From Eledone cirrhosa (taxonomy: Eukaryota): a stretch of DNA of 64,000 nucleotides. Each line of letters starts with the position of its first letter. The first letter of the stretch is position 1. The DNA is taken from NCBI GenBank assembly GCA_964016885.1, contig OZ024740.1, positions 244,280,001 to 244,344,000 of the forward strand. The letters are read 5' to 3'. This document shows, piece after piece, positions 40,522-53,580 of the stretch. The notes beneath the pieces are model-generated. The model did not search any database. It was not told where the DNA came from and was given only the letters and a program-made list of their open reading frames with translations. The position numbers and the translations under genes are program-made.

Positions 40522-40903
40522 TATATAATAAGAATAAAGTAGAGGTGTTACATATGAGAGTTATTGCTTAACCCAGTTACAAATGTTTCCCAGGCAGCCA
40601 GCTCGTGATCTGGGGGTCATCCCAGACTAGACTCCAAGTCTGCCTGATCCTCAGACCAGTGTTAACACAACAAAAATCACATCAAATCTGAAGACAAACA
40701 AGCCTATAGAATGACTAATCAGGGGCCTAGAATCCAACAGACAAATATCCTGAGCATTACGAGGAAATAACCATTATAAACAATACTGGATAGCAACACT
40801 TACCTGTGTAGGATGGTACAGTACACAGACTCATTTACCTAATGGTAACTGGGTTAAGCAATAAATCTCATATGTAACATCTCCACTTTGTTCTTATTAT
40901 ATA
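40522..40903. mobile_element. Composite PLE pLTR remnant with about 55-bp inverted ends
   Basis: 40523-40580 is inverted at 40846-40902; same family as 46170-46440 and 39870-39970. Confidence 0.65.
40568..40665 (-). ncRNA. Type I hammerhead with branched/extended stem II
   Basis: TTAACACTGGT-CTGAGGA-T-[CAGGCAG...CTGCCTG]-G-GAAA-CATTTG-TA-ACTGGGTTAA. Confidence 0.75.
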
Positions 40904-42114
40904 AATTCCAAACCTGGAAGCAGGGACTGGAGAGAAAGGGCCTCAAAGTCAACATGACAAAGACTAAGGTTCTTGTAAGTAGACGAGAAAACAGAACCCA
41001 GATCCCCTCAGGGAAATGGCCTTGCTCAGTATGTAGGAAAGGTGTAGGTAGGAACTCCATTCTCTGCCCCAAATGCAAACAATGGGTACACAAGAGATGT
41101 AGCGGGATCTCAGGAAGCTTAATTAAGAATGTAGGATTCACATGCAGCAGCTGTGCTGAAACAGCAAGCAAACAGCCACAGGAAACAAGTACCACCAATC
41201 TCTGGGAGGGCTCTGTAGAAACAGTAGACAGCTTCTGCTACCTAGGTGACCAAATTAGCAACGGAGGTGGGTGCTCAGAAAGTACAATAACTAGGGTAAG
41301 AACGGGATGGAAGAAGTTTAGGGAACTACTACCACTGCTAGCTGCAAAAGGCTTCTCCCTCAGAATGAAAGGCAGACTGTATGATGCGTGTATCCGAACA
41401 GCGATGTTGCATGGTAGTGAGACCTGGGCGCTGAAGGTGGAAGACTTACGTAGATTAGAGAGAAACGAAGCCTACATGCTCCGATGGATGTGTAACAGTA
41501 ATATACGTGAACGACAAAGCATAAAGGAATTGAGAGAGAGACTGAGCATAAGAGGAATCAAATGCTGCGTGCAGGAGAGGCGGTTGCGCTGGTATGGACA
41601 TGTGATGCGTATGAAGGATAACAGCTGCATAAAAAGGTGCAGAGCACTAGAAGTTGATGGAAACCGCGGAGTGTGGAGACCCAAGATGACTTGGGATGAG
41701 GTGATAAAAGCCGACCTTACCCAATTACACCTCTCAAAGACAATGACACACGACCGTGACCTCTGGCGTCACGCAGTAATACAGGGTACCCGACCTCCCA
41801 TGGGTACATGCTGAAGCATATAAACAATATGCCCCCACTCCCCCCACCGCAAGGTGGTCGTGGAGGTGCCACGGCAAAAAAGCACCCAGCCCACACTGTA
41901 AAGTGGACGTGTCGGCGCCACGAAAAAGCACCCAGCACTCACTGTAAATGAGGTTGGTGTTAGGAAGGGCATCCAGCTGTAGAAATCAAGCCAGATCAGT
42001 TCCTGTATGAGCAAGGCATGGTCAGCCGACCAGACACTGCCCACAACAGGACAACCCGTCTAACCCATGCTAGCGTGGAAGAACGGACGTAAAATGGTGA
42101 TGATGATGATGATG
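40902..42114 (+). mobile_element. 5'-truncated RTE subfamily 1 copy, open frame, nearly identical to the full-length copy
   Basis: ORF 40888..41814 matches the C-terminal about 300 aa of the 1039-aa ORF with few substitutions. Confidence 0.95.
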
Positions 42115-43600
42115 ACTCTGCTCTGCATCGAGTGCTGCTATTGGTAATCTCACCAGTTTTCTTCGGACTTAGTGAACCTTTTGCACACACACACACATAT
42201 ATATATACACATATATATATATATATACCATACATGATGATGATGTATATATATATGTATGTATTTATATATATATACCATAATGTAGTTGAATAAGATT
42301 GAGTGTATGGCCCCTTGAAACAGAAAAAAATGTGGAAAGAAGTGCTTGAGGGAATTGAACCATACATCGATCATATGCCGGAGGGCTATGTTACAACTAT
42401 TTTCTGTCTCGAGTGGGTACATCTCCAATCTTAATCAACTATCATCTAGTTAATATATGTAGTAGCAGCCTTTGAAAAAGCAAAACATATATTATTATGC
42501 AGAGGAATGCAAGTTATATTTTTCGTTGTTGTTTTCAATAAGAAAAAAGAAGCAACTGAATGAGTTTTCTAAAAGTATATGGCAAATGAAATGCAATGAG
42601 CAAATAAGAATTTCTATATATATTGAATATATACAGAATATATTTGTTCATCTTTTCATTTGGTGAGGACAGAAACAGGGATAAATAAACAAACAATGTT
42701 TTTTTTTTTTTTCACAAAACATGGCAACAGAATACTTTAAGAGATTTCAATGCTAATTATAATATTCTGGATTCATTTTTATACATAATTTGACTCCAGC
42801 TTTCACAGAAATGATGGTTAACAAAGTTCTTACATAAAATTATAATAAGTTTCAATTTAAATATGGACAGTTTGAAATGAGAATTCTTTCTATCATAGAA
42901 CAGTGGCCATCTCAGGTAGATTATTACTAAAAGGATTAAAAATGAGAAGGTATATTCAGGGATATTTTGTCTATTAATTGCAAAAATAATCTAATTTAAT
43001 TATTTTTAGGATTGATCCTATTGATAAACACCTGCATGAGATCACTCCTGGTTCTGTCATACATAACCTTTGCTATAAAGCACTCATATTTAAATTAAGA
43101 CATTCCTTCATAATTTTATGTAAGAACATATTTGCCTTGAAAGAATGGTTAAAATGTAGAGTGGAGAAAACTTTGAGCTTGGAGGGCATAAAGCACCATC
43201 TCTAGAATTGATGCCATGATGAAATGCACCCAGCACACTCTGTAATGGTTGGTATTAGGAAATATGTCTAACCATAGAAACCCTATTAAAATAGAATGTA
43301 TGAGTGACACATAGTTCACTGATCTATATTGCAGTAACTTCAAATAAGCATTGTCTTGGATAATGACTCGCACATTCCATGCCAGAATTCAAATGAAGGT
43401 GAATCTTTTGTTAAATTATGTTTTAAACACCAGCTTAATAATTAAAAAGTTAGTTTTTTAACTAAATTCTACTAAATGTTTTATTATTTATTAAATTATT
43501 TAAAACATAGTCACTGTGTTGGTATTTTATTAGAAATATGGTTATGAGAAGATTAAAGACAAACTAGAATAAATAGATGGCAATGTGAGGTGGACCTTAC

Positions 43601-43713
43601 CAGATGATTTTTCATCAATCTTTAAGTCTATGGAATGATATAGTTTTTTGGCGTTGCTTCCCCATTCTCTCAATATAGCTGATGTGTTGTCAATGTTGTG
43701 ATCACTGCGTATC
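43601..43713 (-). CDS. COLGALT: Internal coding exon of procollagen galactosyltransferase (GT25 family; COLGALT1/2 homologue): (W)IRSDHNIDNTSAILREWGSNAKKLYHSIDLKIDEKSS(G)
   Basis: Minus strand: pyrimidine tract ending ttacag, 113-bp open exon, gtaagg donor. Peptide matches human COLGALT1 [29 protein letters not shown] as recalled. Phase 2 in, phase 1 out, compatible with the exon at 23574-23689. Confidence 0.92.
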
Positions 43714-45104
43714 CTGTAATACAAAAATGAAAGACAAATTTAATACACCAAACCAATAAAAAATTAACTAACAAACTAATAGGTTATAGGTTCAAATATA
43801 TGCATAAACACTGTACTGTGCCTTTATACAAGACATCCATTCAGTTTCCAAAAATGTGATATAACATATTGATAGATAGTTGGATTACCAAACTGATAAA
43901 TCATGGAAGCATTATACTGTGCTTTTATATAAGATGTTCATTCAGTGTCTCCAAAATTTAGACATGTTTAAAATCCCCTTTGTCCCACCTGGGTGGTACA
44001 CTCAATCTATTGCTTGGCTTATAGCAACCACCTAAACATTGGGTGTTTTTAGCTGAGAATCCACTTTTTTGCAAGCATTCAGACCAGGTTTGAAGATAAC
44101 TTCCTTCCACCAGTCTTTGAGGACCTGAAAAGGGTTGTGTACACTGCCTTTCCCTCCCTGACAAAAAAAGTAAAGTAAAATAATAAAAAAAGAAGAAAAA
44201 GACATAGTTGGTCTACATTTGGAAACATTATACTATGATTTTATACAGGGTATCAATCGAATCTTGAAAATATAGACAAAAATTTCCATTTCAACAGGAA
44301 ACTGCAAAAGTTTGGAGATCTGTCCCACCAAAGTTAACATACTTTAAGTATAAAAGGCATAATAAAATACAACATTTACCTACATTTACTTATTGTATTT
44401 CTTTTATTGGTTTCAGTCATTATATTGTGACCATGCTGGGGCACCACCTTTAGTCAAATGTATCTCCCCCAGTACTTCTTTTTTCAAGTCTAGTACTTAT
44501 TTTGCTAGTTTTTGTGGAACTATTAAGTTACAGAAAATAGATACAGGCACAAACGTAAACACACATGCACAACAACCATGTATGCCAGGATTTGCTTCCT
44601 TCCTCTCTCGTCATGCTTCCCCTTCTCTCCTTCTTCTCTTTCCTCACTTTCCTTCTTACTGTACTAGAGATTCAACCAAAGCTAACCCATTTCATTTCAT
44701 TCTGTCACTACACACTGTCTGAACCAACAAGTATGTAGCCCTCCAACACCATTATATTAAAAACAGCTATATCCTCTCCTCTGTATTTATTTCATGCATT
44801 CTATCCTTTGCAATGTATTTATTTCATGCTTCCTATAAATGTAGAACCATTCACTTACCTCGCCATTTCCCCACCCTCCCATTCAAACACACCACCATAT
44901 CCTCTTAGACCAATCAAACCACAGCAATAAAAAGATCCCTTCACCCACTACCTGTGGTAATAACTGCTACTACTACTGCTACTATCTTATCTGTTCTTCT
45001 TAGAGATCTTCGTTTATTATAGACAGACTGAAATGATGGAGCAACCTTAAATATAAATATGAATCAATGTGTTTCCAGGCGTTAAACGGTGATGATGATG
45101 ATGA

Positions 45105-45282
45105 TTATTTCTCTAAAAATTCTGATTCCGCCCCTTCAATCTTTCTAATTTCTCATTTTTTCTTCTGATGAAAGACTAGCGTCCAAAACGTTAAGACCCT
45201 CTTCTTGCTATTTCAAGCGTTAACCTAATATATTTCTTCCATATATTGTACCGATTGTGTTGTTATTTCTGTTTACCTTTTA
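45105..45282 (+). mobile_element. PLE pLTR remnant with decayed hammerhead (45161-45196)
   Basis: TCTT-CTGATGA-AA-GAC(TAGC)GTC-C-AAAA-CGTT-AAGA; GAAA lost, plausibly by CpG decay. Confidence 0.65.
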
Positions 45283-45387
45283 CACACACACACACACACA
45301 TATATATATTCCGTTTTCACTATAACCATACATGAATCGAAGAATCCTTTGGGTGAAGCAAGTGTTCTCAAGTATGGTTTGCTAATT

Positions 45388-45442
<55 letters not shown>

Positions 45443-45659
45443 ATATATGTGTGTATGTATTTTTTCTCACGAGTCAGTTCTTTCGTTGCTACGGTCCCCA
45501 CGGCTGAATTACCGGTCGCTATCTTCAATTTGCAAAGCCCTTTAACGTAATGTTATTACTCTAAGGTTTTATACCTTATCGAGTGCTTGGCTGCTGCTCT
45601 TTCTGATTGCATTCGTTGGCTTAGCTGCGGCTCGAGCTTCGACTATGCTGTACTTCCAT

Positions 45660-45690
<31 letters not shown>

Positions 45691-45875
45691 CTTCACCACC
45701 TCTTCTGCGGCTTCGATATAAATACCCCCTCCGCCTCCGTGGTATTTTCTTCGGGGTTATAAGAGGCTTAGCTCTGTTTCTCGACCGTTATATCGCGTGA
45801 CTATCTCCCCCTCCGCCTTTTGGGATTCTTTCTCACGTCGTGTAGACGCGTTCTTGAGACTAGTAAAATGAGGTA

Positions 45876-45965
45876 TCCTCTTGATAAGTCGGCAGACCTC
45901 GCAAGGACTCTATATCTTTATGATGTATTGTTTTTGTTTATGCCACGAAACTACGTAGTCGAGGA
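45876..45965 (+). ncRNA. Degenerate hammerhead in pLTR-like island (45690-46035) between (TA)n tracts
   Basis: TCCTC-TTGATAA-[GTCGGCA...TGCCAC]-GAAA-CTACGTAG-TC-GAGGA; stems intact, core has two substitutions from CTGATGA. Confidence 0.6.
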
Positions 45966-46031
45966 ATCTAGGAGCAGTTTAGGTATGATACATTTCATTA
46001 CTAATTATATCTAAATGTTTCTTCTCTCTTC

Positions 46032-46080
<49 letters not shown>

Positions 46081-46134
46081 TCATCATCATCATCATCATC
46101 GTTTAACGTCCATCTTCCACGCTTGCATGGGTTT

Positions 46135-46174
<40 letters not shown>

Positions 46175-46217
46175 AGAACAAAGTGGAGATGTTACATAGA
46201 AGATTTATTGCTTAATC

Positions 46218-46306
46218 CTGGTTACAAATGTTTCCCAAGCAGCAGGCTCGTGATCTGGGATGGCACCCCTAGACCAGACTCCATGACTGCCGGATCGTCA
46301 GACCAG
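46218..46306 (-). ncRNA. Type I hammerhead, paralogue of 40568-40665, in PLE 3' end (46170 to about 47325)
   Basis: CTGGT-CTGACGA-T-[CCGGCAG...CTGCTTG]-G-GAAA-CATTTG-TA-ACCAG. Confidence 0.75.
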
Positions 46307-47329
46307 AGTCAACACAACAAAAATCACATCAAATCCATGGACAAGCCAACAAAAACACAAAAAAGCATATAGAATGACCAAACACGAGCCTAGGATTCAA
46401 CAGACACATGCTCAAGCATTACAAGAAAAAACCATTATAAAAAAAAAAAAATTAACGGCTATAAATATAAATAAAGAAATAAAGAAATACATACATATAT
46501 ATCAAGAAAACTTTATGTGTTAACTAGAGTCATGCTTGAAAGAGAGTGAGTTACAGTCAACAGGAAAAAACACCATTCAGTGTGTAGAAAAAGACAGAAT
46601 ACAAAAGGAATTACGAAAAAATTAAATAAAATTAGAAAGAAAATAAAAAGGAGACGGGAGAAGGAGTTGTGATTGGTTAGGGAATGGTCTGGCAGGCGTA
46701 TGGGGGTCGGGTAAGGGGTGCAGCCGTGTAATTGGTAGTTGTGTGTTGGTGGGATGCATATCATGCTGCTTGTGTGCATGTGTTGTTAAGTGTTGTTGGT
46801 GGAAGTGAGTGTGTGTGTGTGTGAATGTGTGTACACATGCGTCCGCACGCACTCATGCATGGATATGAACACAAACACACACATACAGGAATATCCCTGT
46901 GTATGCACTTATGCATATGTGTGCACATGTGTATGTTTGTATGTGTGTTTAGCAGGGATGTGTGGTTAATGGTGTGTATTGTGTGGTTGCATGTATTGGT
47001 GTGTGTGTGTATGGATGGATGAGGTCGGGTGGGTTTTCATATCTAGTGTGGTCCGTGTTGCATTTTTATGTCCAGGCTGGTAAGTCCGAAGTAGTGGCCA
47101 TGTATAGAGTGGAAGAGAAAGGAATTGTGGGTGAGTGGTAGTCCCAGGAAATGTGTGGCTGTGTATGTGTGTGTGTGTGTGTGTGTGTGCATGTGTGTGT
47201 GCATGTGTGTGTGCATGTGGGAGACGGTGGTGGTCCCAAATGAAAACAATGAGTGCCTGAAATGTAGCGAGATCTCAGATAGGTTAGAAAAGAACATATA
47301 TTTCATATGTAGTTAATGCACAGGAGCAG

Positions 47330-47660
47330 TAAACAGCAAAAGCTCACAGAAAACAAGCTCTCTCAAATACACTTGAGTGCTCCGGAGAAGTAGTTGATAG
47401 CTTCTGTTACCTGGTTGACCAAATTAGCAGTAGAGGTTGGTGTTCTGAGTGAGAACGGGATGTAAAAAGTTATATGGAGCTGCTAGCTACCAAAGGGTTT
47501 TACCTGAAACACGTAAGGCAGATTGTATGATGCTTGTGTATGAATAGCAATGCTGCATGGACATGAGACCTGGGCAGTGTGTGCAGAGGACTTATGAAGA
47601 CTGAAAAGAAATGAAGCTTGCATGATTCGATGGATGTGTAATATACATGATGGATGTGTA
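47330..47660 (+). mobile_element. Old degenerate RTE fragment
   Basis: VVDSFCYLVDQISS, RLYDACV, MLHGHETWA recognisable. Confidence 0.75.
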
Positions 47661-48359
47661 ATAGAAACTTTTAAAAAGCTGAGATCTACAATAACTCTTT
47701 TATCAGTTTATCCTAAAAACCAGAACATTCTAGTGAGACATGACCCTCCTACCTAGGAGGGTAGTAACTCTGAATAAGACCTGGCTCGGATTACGATAAC
47801 GAAGTCATGTCATCAAAGAAGGCAGTTGTAAAATTCTGACAATGACAATGGTGGTGATGATAATGAAGATGATGATGATAATGAGGATGATGATGACTAT
47901 GACAATGGTGATTTGGTGTTAACTGAAAACTTGCTGCAGTAGGGTATTATTATAAGAGGAAGTCAGTATCAGTAAAACGTCAGTCAGTTCTATTTTGTGA
48001 ACTTACTACATTGTTGGATGAAAAGAAAAGTAAGCAATAATAAATAATCAGTAAGCATTGCTGTTAACTCCACTGAAGGGACATCAGATATGTTGTGTAG
48101 CCATTATGTTTGGTGTTTGTTGGCTGCAGGAATATAAAAAAACAAACACCACGGCATATTGGTTGGTGTACGTACAGTTTGGTGAGAATGTGAGAGAGAG
48201 TGGAGGGGGACGGGGTAGGCAGAGAAGAAGACATGGTGGAGAGAGAGATGAAAGAGATAGTGAAATAGATATAATGACAGAAGTGTAAGAGAGGTAGTAA
48301 AAGAGGGGAAAAGATTATAAGAGAAGCATTTCTACATTTTTAGAACTGTAAACATAATT

Positions 48360-49440
48360 ACGACAGCAGTAACAGCAATAAAGACATCAACAGTAACAAT
48401 AGAGGGTAACAACAGTAACAATACGGGGTAACAACAGTAACAATAATAATAACGAAAGCAATAACAATACCAGTAACAACAATAAAAAGAACGCTGACAA
48501 CAGTAATAACAAAAGAAACAATAACAATAACAGTAACAACAGAAACAACAACAACTGTATCAACAGAAACAACAACAACAATTGTAACAACAGAAACAAT
48601 AACAACTGTATCAACAGAAACAACAACTGTATCAACTGTAACAACAACAACAACTGTAACAACAGAAACAACAACTGTATCAACAGAAACAACAACAACA
48701 ACTGTAACAACAGTATCAACAGAAACAACAACTGTAACAACTGTAACAACAGAAACAACAACTGTAACAACAGAAACAACAACAACAACAGTAACAACAG
48801 AAACAACAACTGTATCAACTGTAACAACAACAACAACTGTAACAACAGAAACAACAACTGTAACAACAGAAACAACAACTGTAACAACAGAAACAACAAC
48901 TGTATCAACTGTATCAACAGAAACAACAACAGTAACAACAGAAACAACAACAACAACAGTAACAACAGAAACAACAACAGTAACAACAGAAACAAAAACA
49001 ACAACAGTAACAACAGAAACAACAACAACAACAGTAACAACAGAAACAACAACAACAGTAACAACAGAAACAACAACAACAACAGTAACAACAGAAACAA
49101 CAACTGTAACAACAGAAACAACAACAACAACAGTAACAACAGAAACAACAACAACAACAGTAACAACAGAAACAACAACAACAGTAACAACAGAAACAAC
49201 AACAACAACAGTAACAACAGAAACAACAACAACTGTAACAACAGAAACAACAACAACAACAGTAACAACAGAAACAACAACTGTATACTGTAACAACAAC
49301 AACAACAGAAACAACAACTGTAACAACAGAAACAACAACAACAACAGTAACAACAGAAACAACAACAACAACAGTAACAACAGAAACAACAACAACAGTA
49401 ACAACAGAAACAACAACAACAAAAGTAACAAGAACATAAT
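48360..49440. repeat. (AAC)-derived compound minisatellite, unit GTAACAACAGAAACAACA(ACA)n
   Basis: About 1.1 kb of variant units; produces the long low-complexity ORFs 48358..49446 and 48387..49280. Confidence 0.95.
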
Positions 49441-49499
49441 TAACAATTAATGACAGAATAAAGAGAAAGATGATGAAAGCTCAATGGTTGTTGAGTTGA

Positions 49500-50160
49500 C
49501 GTTTGTGATAGTGGGGGGTAGGTAATATAGGGGATATATAGAGAATAATCAGGGGGCATACATGATAAGATAGGATATAGGCAGGGGATAGATAATATAG
49601 GGTGAACATAGGGGATACATAAGGGATACAGAGAGGATAATATGGAGGACATATGGGTATGATGTAGGGGATACATAGGCCATAATGTAGAGGACAATTG
49701 GGAAACATGGGTCATAATATAGAAGATACAGAGAGAATATATGGGGGATAATATAGGGCAGGCATGTCAAACATGCAGCCCACGGGCCGCATACGGCTCT
49801 TTACAAATACACCTGTGGCCCACACAAAGGTTTTTACAGTGTGGGCATGTTTTATCTTCATAATATAAAATAAAAAAAATTAGTTGTAATGTGCGCAATT
49901 AGTTGTCGGGTTTGGCCCTCAGACAACACATGTGTGACCCGTGTGGCCCTCGAGGACCCTCAGTTTGACACGCCTGATATAGGGGATAATATAATAATAT
50001 AGAGGGCATACAGAGAGACAGAGGGTAATATAGGGAACATACAGAGATATGAAAGAGACAGGGGATAATATAGAGGGCATATAGGGTATAATATAGGGTA
50101 AACAAAAGGGATAATGTAGAAATTGTATAGGGGATAATATTGGGGACATACAGGGGAAAC
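49500..50160. repeat. Degenerate purine-rich tandem repeat (GGGGATAATATAG-like)
   Basis: Recurrent ggggataatataga/ggg units. Confidence 0.7.
49759..49976. mobile_element. hAT-type MITE, 218 bp
   Basis: TIRs CAGGCATGTCAAAC / GTTTGACACGCCTG; 8-bp TSD ATATAGGG at 49751-49758 and 49977-49984. Confidence 0.9.
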
Positions 50161-50162
50161 AA

Positions 50163-53100
50163 CTGGGGATGAACTTATGATAGCTCAAAGGATGAACATA
50201 TTAGTGGATATATTAGAGACATATCTTTGTTTTGGCCGCGGATGGCCAACATAACCCCAACCCCATCCCCCTCACCCCTCCCTGCGCCCCATCCTCCAAA
50301 CACAATCCAAAACTTCAGAGTTGGTACCATGAATGTAGGCACCTTAAACGGCCGCTCTAACGAGGTTGTAGAAATGCTTGAACGTAAGGAGGTTGATGTT
50401 TGCTGTATCCAAGAGACCAGGTGGAGGAGCGGGTCTGCTAGATTCATTGTGGGTAAAAAACGTTGCTATAAGCTTTTCTGGGTGGGAAATGACAATGGGC
50501 TGGGTGGAGTAGGAATCATGTTAGCAGAAAAATGGGTGGATAAGATAATAGATGTAAATAGAGTAAATGACAGAATAATTAAAATAAGACGCGCCCCAAT
50601 CCGGATTGCCTGGCGCTATAAAAGACAGATTCTATGAGACACTGATGCTCACTACCTCCCAAATAACCGACAGTGACTATATAATTATTGCTGGTGACCT
50701 AAATGGCCACGTTGGACAACATTGTGACGGCTATGACGGAATCCATGGAGGCTATGGGTTTGGTACTAGAAACGAGGAAGGCTCCAGAATCCTGGAATTC
50801 TGTGATGCAAATAACTTAACTATCTGTAACACTAACTTCAAAAAACGAGACAATCACTTGATCACCTACAGATCAGGGGAACATACCAGCCAGGTAGATT
50901 ATATCCTTACCAGAAGACGTGACAGAGTGTCTGTTGTAAACACTAAATCCCTCCCCCATGAAGAATGCACCTCCCAACATAGACTGATAATTAGCGACCT
51001 CATAGTCAGGACGAGACGTACTAGACAGCAGAAGAGGACTATCCTCAGGAGAAAAATATGGAAGCTAAAGGACCCCACAGCCAGAAATAAATTTAAAAGC
51101 ATATTACTTGATGCTTTTGACAGTAAGGAAGAGCAATTAGAGTCGTACAATATAGAGGAACAGTGGGAATTCCTGAAAGCAAACCTGCTGATGGCGGCAG
51201 ACGAAGTCTGTGGCTGGAGCAGGCCTGTAGGCAGGAGGAGAGTAACATGGTGGTGGAACAGCAAGGTGGAGGAGTCAATTAAGGCCAAAAAGCAGGCTTG
51301 GAAAGTATGGCGGGATGGGGGAAGTAGAGAAGACTATCAAGTGGCCAGGAGGGAAGCTAGGAGACAAGTGTACTTCGCAAGAAGGGAAGCAGAGGAAAGA
51401 AAGTTCAAGCATGTTCTACAACGCGAGGACCAAAAACGTGAGGTGTTCAGGATTGCTAGGCAATGTGTCAAGGAAAACCGTGATATTGTCGGGGAGAAGT
51501 GTGTACTTAATGATGATGGCGTACTTGCCATCACTGACGCTGATAAGAAGGTAGCTTGGAAGTGTCACTACGAAAGGCTACTAAATGAGGAGAATAAATG
51601 GGAGAAAGACAGTCTCCCCCACATCGACCCAATAGAAGGACCAGCAGTGTTAGTTGAAGGTAGTATCATAAGTAAGGCAATCAAAGATATGAAGACGGGT
51701 AAGGCGGCTGGGCCTTCGGAAATAGTTGCTGAGATGCTGAAGGCCTCTGGAACGGTGGGACACACCATGGTCACCCAGATAGTAAACCAAGTCATACAGA
51801 ATGGGGTTGTTCCGAAGGACTGGCGTAGCAGCATCATCATTAACTGTTACAAGGGTAAAGGAGACGCCCTAGATAGGAGTAACTATAGAGGCATTAAATT
51901 AATCGACCAGGTCATGAAGGTCACGGAAAAAGTAATAGTGCAACTAATCAGAGAGAGAATCGATCTAGATGAAATGCAATTCGGGTTTGTGTCAGGCAAA
52001 AGTACCACAGACGCTTTTTTCATTGTACGACAACTACAGGAGAAGTACCTAGCTAAAAGTAAACCCCTATACTTAGCTTTTGTCAACTTGGAGAAAGCCT
52101 TCGACAGAGTCCCCCGTTCCATTATCTGGTAGGCTCTTAGAGAGCTATACAAGCCATGTTTAAAGAAACAGTCAGCAAGGTTAGAATTAACAACGAATAT
52201 AGTGAAGAGTTTAGCGTAAAAGTTGGTGTTCATCAGGGCTCTGTTGTTAGCCCGCTACTATTTATTATTGCCCTTCAGGCTATAACAGTGGAGTTCAAGA
52301 CCGGCTGCCCATGGGAACTCCTATACGCAGATGATCTAACGCTCATAGCTGAATCAATGGCCGAGCTAGAGAAGAAATTCCAAACATGGAAGCACGGCCT
52401 AGAATCAAAAGGCCTTAAAATTAACCTGGCTAAGACTAAAGTTCTAGTTTGTAAGAAAGAAAATAAGGCGCCGGTCCCTTCCGGGAAATGGCCATGCTCA
52501 GTGTGTAGGAAAGGCGTAGGTAGAAACTCCATTTTATGTCCCAAATGCAAAGTATGGGTGCATAAAAGATGTAGTGGGATCACAGGTAAGCTAACTAAGA
52601 ACATAGATTTTACATGTGGCCGGTGCTCTGGTGCAATAACTAGCAGCAAGTGCCCACAAAATACTAGCTCTTTCAATTGCGCAGAGGGTTCTATAGAAAT
52701 AGTGGACAGCTTCCGTTACCTGGGTGACAAAATCAGCAGTGGGGGAGGGTGCTCTGAAAGTACAGTAGCTAGAGTCAGAATTGGATGGAAAAAGTTCAGA
52801 GAGTTTATACCACTATTAGCCGCTAAAGGGTTCTCCCTAAAAATGAAAGGCAGGCTGTATGATGCCTGCATACGAACAGCAATGTTGCATGGCAGTGAGA
52901 CCTGGGCATTGTGTGCAGAGGATATACGCAGACTAGAGAGGAACGAAGCTTGCATGCTCCGCTGGATGTGTAATAGTAATATACGTGAACGGCAAAGCAT
53001 AAACGAACTAAGGGAAAAATTAGAAATAAGAGGGATCAGATGTTGTTTACTCGCGAGAAGGCTACGTTGGTATGGTCACGTGATGCGCATGAAAGACGAC

Positions 53101-53580
53101 AGCTGTATAAAAAAGTGCAGGGCAATAAAGATAGACGGTAGCCACGGAGTAGGCAGACCTAGAAAAACGTGGGACGACCTGATAAATTCCGACCTCACAC
53201 ACACCTCTCCAAGACAATGTCACTGGACCGAGATCTTTGGCGGTACTCAGTAATAGAGAAGACCCGCCTTACCTAAATACAAAGTAAAACCTACTACAGT
53301 CAGTAAAGTTATGTTGGTGCCACAACATCCAGGCCGAAACAAATGAGATTGTGTAGGTGTCACGACAAAAAAACACACAGTCCATGCTGTAATGTGGCCG
53401 TGTAGGCAACACAGTAAAAACCTCCCAGCCCCACACTGTAAATGTGGTTGGTGTTAGGAAGGGCATCCAGCTGTAGAAAACCTGCCAGACAGTCCTATGC
53501 GAGCAAGACAATCACTCTTGCCTCAAGTGGGAAAACTCCCGTCCAAACCCATCCAAGCGTGGAACATGGACGTTAAACGG

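Noticed and set aside
47220-47325. Possible Naiad GIY-YIG C-terminal remnant upstream of the 46218 hammerhead
   Set aside because: Similarity (ISLHFRHSLFSF versus INLRTELFSS) is too weak to call by eye.
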